Source: a virus
Lineage: Duplodnaviria; Caudoviricetes
Reading direction: 5' to 3' (one strand)
DNA: 64,000 bases
IMG/VR virus record: IMGVR_UViG_3300025912_000012
Location: 32,001-96,000 of that record
The notes under the pieces were generated by a model. That model saw only the letters and a list, made by a program, of their open reading frames with translations. It was not told where the DNA came from and searched no databases. This document shows positions 46,119-56,500 of the stretch, piece by piece. The translations under genes and the position numbers were made by a program. The stretch's first letter is position 1. Each line of letters opens with the position of its first letter.

Positions 46119-46321
46119 GAACCCTCCTCATTTCCTGAGGGTAGATCATCCCCAGAAGCTTGTCCAGTACTAGCGGTAATGTGTTCTTTCAGTTCCTCGT
46201 GCTTTGCGGTGATATGCTTTTTCAGGGAGAAATGGTGCCAGATGAACAGCGCTATCGTCCACACAGAGATCGCGAACACGTTAGGCCACAGCTGAGCCCA
46301 GTCTTCAGCAATGAGATGCAC
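46115..46321 (-). CDS. small membrane protein (lysis cassette)
   Basis: one TM segment. Confidence 0.55.
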   Translation of the reverse strand: MHLIAEDWAQLWPNVFAISVWTIALFIWHHFSLKKHITAKHEELKEHITASTGQASGDDLPSGNEEGS

Positions 46322-46550
46322 GGTAACCCTCGCACCAGTTGTCGTAGCATTCAGTGCACATCGCGGCAGTTTTTATCTCCAGCCACCGACCGCACTCTTT
46401 GCAGTAGTCTTCTCTCACGGGGTTTCACCTGGCAGTCGCAGTCCTTTTGCTTGCATTTATCATGCCACATGCGTATCCCTGCTGAGAAGTCTTTCTCCAG
46501 CAGCGAGGCTTCCTCTGTCAGGTATTCCGCGATCTCACAAGGACGGCAGA

Positions 46551-46712
46551 CTACCCTCGACGCCACGGGGTATGATCCCAGCCTTCGCTGATGCACCACA
46601 GCAGCAGTCCGAGGATGAGCAGCAGCATCGAGTCGATCCGGTCGTGATGCAGGTTCCATGCGTAGAAAACGAACGAGAATGCGAGACTTATTATCGCGAG
46701 CAAGCGAACCAT
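46551..46712 (-). CDS. small membrane protein
   Basis: two TM segments. Confidence 0.55.
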   Translation of the reverse strand: MVRLLAIISLAFSFVFYAWNLHHDRIDSMLLLILGLLLWCISEGWDHTPWRRG

Positions 46713-47053
46713 TATGACTCCTCTGTAGATGATTCTTCTTTCCTGGAATCCTTGTGAATCTGAATCCACCTGATCGAACGCCACACCATTCCCCCTGCGA
46801 TCAGGATGAAAATCCCGATGTCAACCCATGCCGCGATGTATGATGTCAGCCGGTTGAACGACCAGAACAGGGAGATCGTGGAAGGAATGAACGCCATCCC
46901 CAGGAGAACGTCAAGGAATACGATGCTCCTCCCGATGACATTCTCCCACCAGGGGGCAAGCCTCGTGTAGATCGCGATGAACGCGAGGATCGAGGCAATG
47001 TTCGTGAGCAGCACGATCTTGTAGAGAAGGATGATTAGCTGGTCCTGTGTCAT
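46712..47053 (-). CDS. holin-like membrane protein
   Basis: three TM segments, PWWENVIGRS. Confidence 0.7.
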   Translation of the reverse strand: MTQDQLIILLYKIVLLTNIASILAFIAIYTRLAPWWENVIGRSIVFLDVLLGMAFIPSTISLFWSFNRLTSYIAAWVDIGIFILIAGGMVWRSIRWIQIHKDSRKEESSTEES

Positions 47054-47274
47054 GCTGGTGTCCTATTGTGATGATGCCCGTTGACGAGCGTTGCCCGCAG
47101 CAGCTCCGCGAACTGATTATGTTCTGCCGCTTTCTTCAGCGGCGCGACAATCTGAGAGCGGATTTCCTCATGTCGCTCAGCGGAATACTGGGCTTCCTGC
47201 TCAGCACTTTCCGCACGTTCTTTCGCGGCGGCTACCCGCTCATCAAGTTCCGCTATACGTCTCCGCCATCTCAC
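47050..47274 (-). CDS. small coiled-coil protein
   Basis: HNQFAELLR; coupled ORF. Confidence 0.65.
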   Translation of the reverse strand: MRWRRRIAELDERVAAAKERAESAEQEAQYSAERHEEIRSQIVAPLKKAAEHNQFAELLRATLVNGHHHNRTPA

Positions 47275-47594
47275 AGCCCCACGTCCTTCGCGGTCAGCTC
47301 CAGCGGCGCGGACGGCGGTGGAGTCGGGTTTCTCCCGGCAGCAAGACCAGCCAGGGCGCTGATCAGCTGATTGGTAACCTGCCCTGCTGAGGCAGTCTCG
47401 TCAACTGTTTTCCGCTCCGAAGATATGGCTGAACGCAGGGCGTTATTCTCTGTGTGCAGTTCCTTGTTTTCTTCTTCCAGCCGGGAGAACTCCTGTTCAG
47501 AGTGGATTTTCCCGGTGAAAAACGCGTACACCCAGAGAGCCAGAACGATAAGCGCCCCGCCACCCCCGGTAATCAATGGCAGGAAGCTTTCCAC
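47271..47594 (-). CDS. membrane protein with coiled coil
   Basis: N-terminal TM segment. Confidence 0.65.
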   Translation of the reverse strand: MESFLPLITGGGGALIVLALWVYAFFTGKIHSEQEFSRLEEENKELHTENNALRSAISSERKTVDETASAGQVTNQLISALAGLAAGRNPTPPPSAPLELTAKDVGL

Positions 47595-47623
47595 AAGGAT
47601 TCCCCTCTCTAGCTATTTAGTTT

Positions 47624-48286
47624 TCAGTTTTTGCGAGCACGCACCCATTTCGGGTACGTCTCATCTATCTCTGAATGCAGCAGTGCAATCCCGTCCGGGT
47701 GCACGTTCCCCTCCGGGGGTTCTTCTCCCAGCATGGACAGCCTGGTGCCCGCGTTCACGATCGCGGGGAGGGTGAGTCTTTTCTCCCTCATCCCGGAGAA
47801 GCTCCCGACGAGCCGCCACTCCTGTGCTACCGTTCCCCGCCAGGGACGAGGATGCATCAGGTTCGGGGAGTACGCGCACCAGCGCATCTCCATTCCCACG
47901 GGGACGTGAGCCTCCCGGGAGATCAGCCCCTGCACCGCAGCCTCGGAGGGAATCTCGTCAATCCCCCCGTGCATCACGATGTCATCCTGTTCCGCATTCA
48001 CTGCCTGTGCCAGGTATTCCCGCAATGCGTTCTTCTTTTCCAGGGCTGGAGCGTTCTGCGGGAGTTCATGCGCCTCCACCCGGACGTGATTCCATCTTCC
48101 CCGGTAGGTTTCCCAGAGGTTACTCTCCGCGAAATGCAAAGGTTTCGGGGTCTTGTCAAGAGTTACCGCTGCCTCGCAGATGACATGCACTACGTCAAGA
48201 TCCTCAAGCTCAGTGAAACGTGCTTCGAGAAGTTGCAGGTCAGCCTCTGAGCTGACGATGACGCAATCGAAAACCCGCATAGCCAT
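47624..48286 (-). CDS. glycosyltransferase family 17-like protein
   Basis: VFDC...EADLQLLEARFTEL...HVICEA..T....PKPLHF, IDEIP. Confidence 0.7.
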   Translation of the reverse strand: MAMRVFDCVIVSSEADLQLLEARFTELEDLDVVHVICEAAVTLDKTPKPLHFAESNLWETYRGRWNHVRVEAHELPQNAPALEKKNALREYLAQAVNAEQDDIVMHGGIDEIPSEAAVQGLISREAHVPVGMEMRWCAYSPNLMHPRPWRGTVAQEWRLVGSFSGMREKRLTLPAIVNAGTRLSMLGEEPPEGNVHPDGIALLHSEIDETYPKWVRARKN

Positions 48287-48291
48287 CCTTT

Positions 48292-51200
48292 CTAATAGTA
48301 ACTAGGAGGCTCGAAATCACAGATAAGCTCAATGTTAGCAACAACCTCGCCGTCACCTGCGTTGTTGTTGTTCTGTCCCCCGAACCGGATTCTCCGGTTG
48401 ATTTCCGTGACGCGGAGCGTGAGAACTTCTCCGCCTCCTCCCACTTGCCATTCTTCCAGGGTGAGGATATCCCCGATGTTTATGCTCGCCACGATATTCC
48501 ACGCGGGAGGATAGGGTGCAGCGTCAATATGCACATTCTGAGCCCGGGTCTGCGGGCTCCCGAAGTTGGTGAACAGCCAGTTAGCCTGACTCTGCATCAC
48601 AGTCTGATCCTGCAGCCAGGAGACAACCGCGAGAGGCTGAGCCCCGTGCTGTATCTGCGAAGCCAGCACGTCAGCAGCATCACTCGGGGTGAGCAGCGGC
48701 AGCTGAGCCCCGCTCGGGGAGAACGGCTGCACGGTAATCACGTTGTAGATACGCTGTGGATCGTTAACAAGCTGATACTGCTCGTAATACGGGATTTTAT
48801 CAGTGGTAGCCCCCGCCGTAGGAGGAGCGTTCGGGGTGAGAGTCCACACCGGGTTACTGTACTGGGATGCAAGATGATCCCGCATCCAGTACGTGAGATT
48901 CCCCTGGTTGTCCACGTAAAGCATTCCCCCGTCAGACTGCTGGATCGCCTGAACAGAGCTTCCCACCTGCTGCCCGCCGCCAGAGAAACCAGGAGCTTGC
49001 ACCAGGTCAGGAGCCGGGTCGATGGAACGCTGCGGGGTCGTGCATCTCCCGGCGCGCATCAGGCGCTCAATCCGCTGTCCCACGGAATCCCCGAGAGCTG
49101 TCGCGGCACTCGGGGGGGAGGCACCCGACCCGAACCCGGATTGCAGTGAATCCCCGCTTCCCACGACAGTTTCCAGGAGTTTCTCAGTGCCCACGCTCGC
49201 GGACGTATACACGGTGAACAATGGTGCCAGCCCTACCCAGGACATCCACATGGCGTAAGGCCATGCGAAAAACTGGTTAATCCCGGTGCTGGTGTACTGG
49301 ATAACCTGCCCGATACCCGAGGTGATCGCACGAGCTGACGGACCGGAAGAATAAGCTCCCGCGTTCGCGGTCGCGATAAGCGAGAACGTGAACCCGGAGA
49401 CGCTGCCCGCCCCCCCGCTCGGGGGATTACCAGGGGAACCCCCGTAACTTCCCGAATAGAACGCCCCGTCCGGGGTCGTCTGATATCCCCCGTCACTGGT
49501 CTGGTCCAGTCCCGAGAAGTCCAGCGACACACCGGCACCCGGAGGGGAGGACACCGGAGCGAGGGAGACGATAGGAGCGGGAATCAGCCCGAACCCGGTG
49601 ATCGCGGCAGTGTAATGCGCAAGCAGTCGCCATACGGGGAGCTGATAAGAGAACACTGCCCAGTGGGACAGTGCCATGTTCCCCCCGTGCACCAGGTTGG
49701 ACGTGTTCGTGCCACCCCCGGACCCCATGTCCCCGCAGAGGATCAGGTATTTCCACGCAGATGTCATTCCTGTCGCGGACCCGGAGACATTCGCGGTTAT
49801 TCCCCCGTTGAGCAGTACCTGCCATGTCGTTGTGGTCAGCAGGATGTCCACGGAATTCCATGCCCCGGAGCGCAGGTCGGATGCGGAATAAATGCTATGC
49901 GAAGTTCCTGTCGCCCCATTATAGGTAATCAGATTGAGGTGCCCGCTGGAATCCAGCTGGAGGACGCACACGGGAGCTGTCGCGGTAGCCAGTTCGCAGA
50001 TGGTAATCGAGGTGAACGGCTGTGCGGTCAGGGACGTGTTATCAAAGTTGTCCATGGAGACAAAGTAGTTGTACCCGCTCCCGGATCCCTGCAATCCGAC
50101 GTTGAACCAGCCTTTAATCGTAACCCCCCCGGAAAGCCCGGGGAAACTGTTATCGTTCGCGGACAGGAACCATCCGTGCGACCCGGTACTCCCAAGCATC
50201 CCCGACTGCTGCCAGCTTGCGCTCCCGGGGGCAGCCTGGACCGGGTTCCCGGAGGAGGCGATTGCAGAAGGACTGGATACAGGATCCCCGTACATCCATC
50301 CCGAGTTTGCCCCCACTCCGTATGTGGCGACACTCCCGGCAGGAGGGGTGACTGATCCTACGATCCCGAAGAAACCATTGGAAGCCACTTTTGCCGTGAT
50401 GTCAACCCCGTTAAATCCGTAAGTATCCTGCGCGGTGATCCCGTTCGGGGACGGGACGATATTCATCACCGTCGTATTCCCGGAGGCAGCGTTCAGCAGG
50501 ATAAGAGGGAGAACCCCGCCTTCCAGGGGCTGGTCGTCCATCGGGTACCACGCGTACGGGTTGTCCTCGTAAATCTCAGACCTGTAGAACGCAGGAGCAA
50601 CAGCGGACATCGCGGACCAGATGTCCGTTCCCGTAACAGGAGACCACTTGCGCAGGACACTGGATAGCTGTCCCTCCCATTCGTGGGAGTTCCGCTGGAT
50701 TGAATACCAGCGGTTAATAGTGCGACCCCCGAAAGTCCCCAGCGCGAACCGGATACGTATCGGAGTCCCGTCAGTAAGACTTACCTGACTTACCGTATCG
50801 CTGGTCATGACACTGGTCGCGGACGGGGAGAACGTGATGTTCACGTTACCGCCACTGGGAGTCCCGATGCTCGTAACGGTAAAGAAAGTCCCCGAGTTCA
50901 CGGTGTCAGTGAATCCGTCACCTACGCTGATGCTCGCGGCATTCGCGGTTGTCACCGTGAAAAAGTTATGCAGCCCCGGGGTTCCGACAGTGGAAAAACT
51001 CCACGGGGTCGCACTCGGGGTGAGCGCCCCGTCAAAGTTGTCCAGTTCGAGGGCAAGGTTCGTGGACTGAAGCTGCCCCAGCTGATACTGAATTCCCGTG
51101 GTTTCATCCCAGGACCACAGCCTGCTCGTCAGATCCGTCCAGGTCAGTTCCGAATTCGGAGTGTTGAACCCTCCCCCGAATGCTGCCTCGAACTTCGTGT

Positions 51201-52845
51201 AAGGCCAATTCGGATTCTGGCTCGCGGGTACCGGGGATGCTGCTGATACGAGCACCTGGAGCAGTATCCCTGACAGATCCTCCGAGGAACTGGAAGTCCC
51301 CGATACGCTTACTGATCCCAGGGTACTTGAAAGGAATGCTGCGGTGAGAATATTATCGCACGTAGTGTCTACGTCGTTGCTCTGCGTTTGGGTAGCGAGA
51401 GTCGTCCATGTCGCGGGGGCGAAAGCCTGCCCTGATGCGATGTTATCTCCCCCCACGGCACCCATCGTGAAAGCTGCCTGTGACGGGGCTCCCAGCGACA
51501 GGCTCACCGAGGTTCCCGAGGATGTGTAGTTACTCGTCCTCGCCGTTACCGTATCCCATGGTCCGAGACCCGCGATTTCCACGACGAGAACGTTGATAGC
51601 CGCGATCGACATGTCCGGGGCGCAGTAAACGTACTGCGGGACAATCGTATTGGTTGCTCCCATCCCGATGTTGGGAACATATGAAATCCCGGTGCGGACG
51701 TTCTGTCCCGATCCGCTCGCGGGGAACTGCCGCCACCACTGATGAGTGTCGTCAGAAACTCCCGTGTGAACGTTGATGATCTGAGGGTCCTGTGTCCACG
51801 ACGCAATGCAGAACAGCCAGTTTCCCGCAGTAGGAGTACCCGATCCGACCCCGACTGAGTTTGCCAGGTTCAGCGGGACGACGCAGGATTGCAGCGCAGA
51901 TGTGGTACTTCCGAAAGTAGTTCCCTGTCCGTACGAGTTCGCCCACTGGTTGACGATCGTGGCACTGGGGAGCCCCCCGGACGCGGACATGGTACCGACG
52001 CCCGAGATGCTTGCCTTCACGCCCAGGGTGGCGTTAGGCGTCATCGTGCCAACCCCGGAAAGGGTGGCGTTCCCCGCTCCGGTACGCAGCGCGGAAAGAG
52101 TACCTACCCCGGAAAGGGTCGCGGCCCCTCGCGGACCGCCCTGCGCGGTGAGCGTTCCCACCCCAGTCATGGTCGCGGTCCCGGAAATCGCAGCAGTATA
52201 AGTCAGGCTGATCTGCCCGCCAGCGCCATTCCCGCCAGTGGTGCCCCCTGTGCGCCCGGAACCGCCACCCCCGCCACCTCCGAGGCTGTTCCCGTCCGAC
52301 CCGGGGTTCCCGGTGGTATTCCCGTTCCCGCCTTTACCGCCAGCTCCCCCGTCCGGGGAACCAGCAGAACCACCTGAGGCTCCGACAGCGTTCCCGAATC
52401 CGTTACCTCCGGTACCGCCTGCGCTTGACGATCCCGCGCCACCACCGCCGCCGCCCCCGGCAGGGTTGCTGGTGAGGATACCGGTACCGCCAGCTCCTCC
52501 GTCGTGGTGAATGCTGTTAGTGCTGCCGGTGCCTTTCGTACCTGCCGTCTGCCCGAGAGTATTTCCCCCGTGATGCGCGGTGACGGTTACCGAATCGCCC
52601 GGGAAAACGGTATTAGTACTGCTTCCGCCAGTCCCGATCGTAAACGAGTAGTTGGACGCAGGAGTGACGGCAAGAGTTGTTTCTTCCGCATACTCCCCGC
52701 CTCCGCCTCCACCGCCCGAGTGGGAGCTGCCACCGGTAACCCCGTTCCCTCCGTCTCCGCCTTCTGCCCAGCACTGGCAGTCGATGGAGCTGATCCCGGC
52801 TGGGGCGCTCCAGCTTCCGGATGACGTAAAAGTGACCGTAGTCAT
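48292..52845 (-). CDS. large tail / receptor-binding protein (Gly-rich N-domain, LamG-like region)
   Basis: 1517 aa downstream of the tape measure gene; TFTSSGSW..PAG Gly-rich domain; WTDLT; PYAWYPMDD. Confidence 0.8.
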   Translation of the reverse strand: MTTVTFTSSGSWSAPAGISSIDCQCWAEGGDGGNGVTGGSSHSGGGGGGGEYAEETTLAVTPASNYSFTIGTGGSSTNTVFPGDSVTVTAHHGGNTLGQTAGTKGTGSTNSIHHDGGAGGTGILTSNPAGGGGGGGAGSSSAGGTGGNGFGNAVGASGGSAGSPDGGAGGKGGNGNTTGNPGSDGNSLGGGGGGGSGRTGGTTGGNGAGGQISLTYTAAISGTATMTGVGTLTAQGGPRGAATLSGVGTLSALRTGAGNATLSGVGTMTPNATLGVKASISGVGTMSASGGLPSATIVNQWANSYGQGTTFGSTTSALQSCVVPLNLANSVGVGSGTPTAGNWLFCIASWTQDPQIINVHTGVSDDTHQWWRQFPASGSGQNVRTGISYVPNIGMGATNTIVPQYVYCAPDMSIAAINVLVVEIAGLGPWDTVTARTSNYTSSGTSVSLSLGAPSQAAFTMGAVGGDNIASGQAFAPATWTTLATQTQSNDVDTTCDNILTAAFLSSTLGSVSVSGTSSSSEDLSGILLQVLVSAASPVPASQNPNWPYTKFEAAFGGGFNTPNSELTWTDLTSRLWSWDETTGIQYQLGQLQSTNLALELDNFDGALTPSATPWSFSTVGTPGLHNFFTVTTANAASISVGDGFTDTVNSGTFFTVTSIGTPSGGNVNITFSPSATSVMTSDTVSQVSLTDGTPIRIRFALGTFGGRTINRWYSIQRNSHEWEGQLSSVLRKWSPVTGTDIWSAMSAVAPAFYRSEIYEDNPYAWYPMDDQPLEGGVLPLILLNAASGNTTVMNIVPSPNGITAQDTYGFNGVDITAKVASNGFFGIVGSVTPPAGSVATYGVGANSGWMYGDPVSSPSAIASSGNPVQAAPGSASWQQSGMLGSTGSHGWFLSANDNSFPGLSGGVTIKGWFNVGLQGSGSGYNYFVSMDNFDNTSLTAQPFTSITICELATATAPVCVLQLDSSGHLNLITYNGATGTSHSIYSASDLRSGAWNSVDILLTTTTWQVLLNGGITANVSGSATGMTSAWKYLILCGDMGSGGGTNTSNLVHGGNMALSHWAVFSYQLPVWRLLAHYTAAITGFGLIPAPIVSLAPVSSPPGAGVSLDFSGLDQTSDGGYQTTPDGAFYSGSYGGSPGNPPSGGAGSVSGFTFSLIATANAGAYSSGPSARAITSGIGQVIQYTSTGINQFFAWPYAMWMSWVGLAPLFTVYTSASVGTEKLLETVVGSGDSLQSGFGSGASPPSAATALGDSVGQRIERLMRAGRCTTPQRSIDPAPDLVQAPGFSGGGQQVGSSVQAIQQSDGGMLYVDNQGNLTYWMRDHLASQYSNPVWTLTPNAPPTAGATTDKIPYYEQYQLVNDPQRIYNVITVQPFSPSGAQLPLLTPSDAADVLASQIQHGAQPLAVVSWLQDQTVMQSQANWLFTNFGSPQTRAQNVHIDAAPYPPAWNIVASINIGDILTLEEWQVGGGGEVLTLRVTEINRRIRFGGQNNNNAGDGEVVANIELICDFEPPSYY

Positions 52846-52884
52846 TCAGCGCCTCCAAGAAGATAAGGAAAACCCAGGGGGAAA

Positions 52885-53280
52885 TTAAACGAGGGAAATG
52901 GAGATACCGGCAGCAGCTACCTGGAATGTGTTCCCGTTGGCGATAGTAATAGGCTGCCCGGTCCAGGACCCGAAAAGATGCCTTAGCGGAGTCCCTTCAT
53001 TGCCCCAGGTTTCCAGTCCGACAATCGACCAGTTTCCACCGCTCCCGTTCGTCCACGAAGCGGTAGACGAATTGGATGTTGCCGCAGCGGACGCGGCGTT
53101 GAATGTCATCACCGTACCGCCAGCGGTATACCCGGTCCCGGTCAGCTCCGTCATGTTACTTGTCGCGGTCGGGGCGCTCGTTCCCAGCCTGGTTTTAACC
53201 GTAGTCGCGGCTGTATAGTTCGTTGCGGTCAGCTCAGCGTTAAGAACACGGTTAGCGTCCGTCTGGTCGAACATTGCCAT
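52885..53280 (-). CDS. minor tail protein
   Basis: ELTGTGY, TIANGNTFQVAAAGISISL. Confidence 0.7.
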   Translation of the reverse strand: MAMFDQTDANRVLNAELTATNYTAATTVKTRLGTSAPTATSNMTELTGTGYTAGGTVMTFNAASAAATSNSSTASWTNGSGGNWSIVGLETWGNEGTPLRHLFGSWTGQPITIANGNTFQVAAAGISISLV

Positions 53281-53283
53281 TTT

Positions 53284-53532
53284 TTAACGCACCTCCTCAA
53301 AAGTAGTTTCCGGGACAACCCCCGCGACATCCATCAGGTATTCAATGTCAAACAGAGTGAGGTCAGCCCGCCCCGTGATCGTGACAGGGCGGCATCCGAT
53401 ACCTGCATGATCGTGCGCTATCAGGCAGCAGTTGCATACGACCGCCAGGTCAGGGTGCTGGAAATCCCATGTTTCCGCAGACTTCCCGCATGAATTGCAT
53501 TCGACCAGCAGTGGCTTAGGCTCGAAACGCAT
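53284..53532 (-). CDS. hypothetical Cys/His protein
   Basis: GGAGG RBS, CNSC. Confidence 0.6.
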   Translation of the reverse strand: MRFEPKPLLVECNSCGKSAETWDFQHPDLAVVCNCCLIAHDHAGIGCRPVTITGRADLTLFDIEYLMDVAGVVPETTFEEVR

Positions 53533-53544
53533 GATATGCCTCCT

Positions 53545-56500
53545 TTATGCACCTTTCCCGGAGAGCTGAATCCCGGTCTTGTTGTTGCGCTTGGCTTGCT
53601 TCAGCAACGCAGCCTGGATTTTCGCGACCAGTGCCTTGATCTGCGCCTCAGTCAGGTTCAGGGTCCCGCTCTGTCCCGCGTTCACGTTGATGTTGATCGA
53701 GGTTCCGCCCTGCCCTACGAATGTCCCGGAGCGGAGATTAGGTGCGAGCATCCCCCCGTACTGAGCCATTGCCGCCTGCGCGCCCAGTCCTTTCGTTGCC
53801 CCGCCAAGCTGACTCCACAGGGAGTTGACGCCTTTAATTCCCCCGTAGTCGTTCATGATCGATTGCGCGAGAGCGTCACCCTGCACGGGTCCTGCCGCGA
53901 TCAGCTGGGAAATGATATTCTTGTTCAGCTTTCCCTTGCGGAGAGTCGCGATGTCTTTTGTGAAAGACTGCACTGACCCGAGATAGGACTGCATCTGCTC
54001 GTAGACGGTCCCCCCGCCTGAGCCCGGGGTAACATTCATGTTCCCGAAAATTCCCGAATCCCCGAAGCCCTGACCTTTCATTGCAGCAGAGGCAACGTTT
54101 CTTGCCAGCCCTACCTCCTGGCTGATCTTTTTCACCAGAGAGGTTGCTATCTCTTTCGCGGAAGCGGAATTCTTGATTTCTTTCGCGATAGCCCCGGAAA
54201 GAGTGAACGCGAATTCTTTCGCAATTTTCGCCAGGTCCGACGCGGGAATCCCCCCGCTGCTTTTCGCATGGGGAACAACCCCGCCAGCCGCGAAATGGGA
54301 TGCGGAAGACTGGGGAACTCCCCCGAACCCGGGAACCTTATGTGCCGCCAGGATAGGCGCGATCAGCGGGACAAGATACCTGGGGATAATTGCCTCCCCT
54401 GGTTCAAGCATCGCGGGAATGATATCTCCCAGCCCCGTCCCGGGGACCATTCCCCCGGTCTGCATCCCGATCCCCTTCGTGGTTACCAGCCCCCCGTAAT
54501 GCCCATGGGAAAGCAGATATCCAGGGGAGACTCCCGCCGCTACGCTTTTCGGGACACCCAGCTGGGTGTGGACTGTGTTGATGTAGTTAGTAACCACGTT
54601 CGTGGTTACAGTTACCGTCTTCCCGGTGAGTCCCGCGATGGCAGCCTGGAGAGTCTGCACAGGGTGTGAGTTCGCGTAAGCAGCCACGTTCACGTTTTTC
54701 CCGTGCAGGCTGTTAACCAGCTGCTGGAGGGTCTTGACTTTCCCGTCCCCGGTGACCTGTGCCTCGATCTTCAGTCGTACCGCTTTCGAGACACCTGCCT
54801 GCCGAAGCACGGCATCCAGGCTGGCTTTCATCGCAGCCCCGCCTTGCACTCCAGCTGCCCGCAGCTGGCTTACCATGTCCTGCACGGCGCTCTGATTGAT
54901 CATCGGACCACCGAAAGTCCCGCCCCCGAATTTACCGCTCGCCCCGGCAGTTGCTGTCTTCTGGATTGCCATTGCATCCTGGTAGACTTTAGCCAGCCGG
55001 TGCGCCCCGACCTGGGCACCCGTGTAATCCGCAAACTGCTTTGCCACCTCGGGCAGGTTGGCTGACGCGACGACAGTATCGGTCATGTTCTTGTTGAATG
55101 TCTTTGAACTGCCAGCCATTCTCGTGATCGACTGCTCAGCGCTCTTGAAGTTCTGCGCCAGGGACTTGCTCGTATCGTAATATCCGGTGACCCCCATCTG
55201 GGCACCCTGCTGCATGAGCATCGCAAGAGCTGACTTGGACTGCCTTGCCTGCGGAAGAATGGACTTCAGCTGGAAGGCGCTCATTTCCTGCGCCTGCGGG
55301 AGTCCCGCAGTCCCGAGTGTCAGGTAGGTCCGCATCTGGTCATTGAAACCCTGCATCTGGGTGATGAACCCGGGCTTAGACGAGCTTGTGGATGCGAACG
55401 CCTGCCATGCTGCCGCCCCGCCAGGAGTGGTATAGGAGGTGAGAGCTTTCGCTATCGCAGCGGCAGGTGCCGCGCCCGCTGCTGCTGCCAATCCCGCTCC
55501 GGTAGGACCGCCAGCGATGATCTGCTGATAGGAGTCCATTGCCTGATTGACTTTCGCCAGGTTCTGCATTGCACCCTGGCTCATGATCGTCTGCCCTGCG
55601 ACAGCAGCCCCGAACGCCCCGGAAGATTGCGTCATCGGGGCGATGACCCTCGCGTAAGAGGTCACCATTTCTTGCGCAGCGGCAGTTAGCTTCCCGTTTT
55701 TCCCGAACGCATGGGACATGTCCAGCATCGCGTTCTGCCCGATCTGGAACGCGTCCGCGAGGGAAACGCTTTTCAGTCCTGCCTTTTTCAGTGCAGCCAT
55801 CAACTCGGGAGCTGAATTAGCCAGGTTCCCCATCTGGGTTGCGAAACCCTGCATCCCCGCCCTGTACTGATTCGCGTCATATGTCGGGAGGGTTGCCAGC
55901 CTCTGTGCTGCCCGAGGGTCGGGGCTGACATTAACAGGAAGCCCGAGAGCCCCTGCTTTTCCTACATATCTCCCGGAGGTAGCCGCGAGTCCGCTGGCAG
56001 TAGTGACCGCATGCGCGAGCGGCTGCCAGGCATCACTGAAACCAGCCTGGTTAATGCTATCCTGCAGCCATCCCAGTCGCTGCTGCGGGAGGTTTTTAGC
56101 GGTAAGTCCCGCTGACATCAGGTAAGCAGTTCCCCCGAGGAGACCCGCAGGCCATCCGGCGATACCCGCGAGCGCTTCCCCAGCTCCGGATATCCCTAGC
56201 CCGAGACCTTCCAGCATTCCCCCTGAGGCTCCCATTCCCCCGAGGGCAATCCCGCCTTTGGAGATCAGTCCCCCGAGTCCCCCGACGCCTTTAAGTCCGA
56301 GCATCCGCCCGATAAGCCCTTCCCCCCCGAGCAGCGCCGGTCCCCAGCGGGACGCAGCCTCATAGGAGAGCAGTGCTCCGATAACAGGTCCGGGAGTGTC
56401 GCGGGTGATTCTCGCGAGCAGCCCGGTCCCGCCCTGGACGGTGGACAGCAGATCCTGCCCGACCCCGGGGAGGTTGGGCGCAACATTCAGCAGGGTGTTC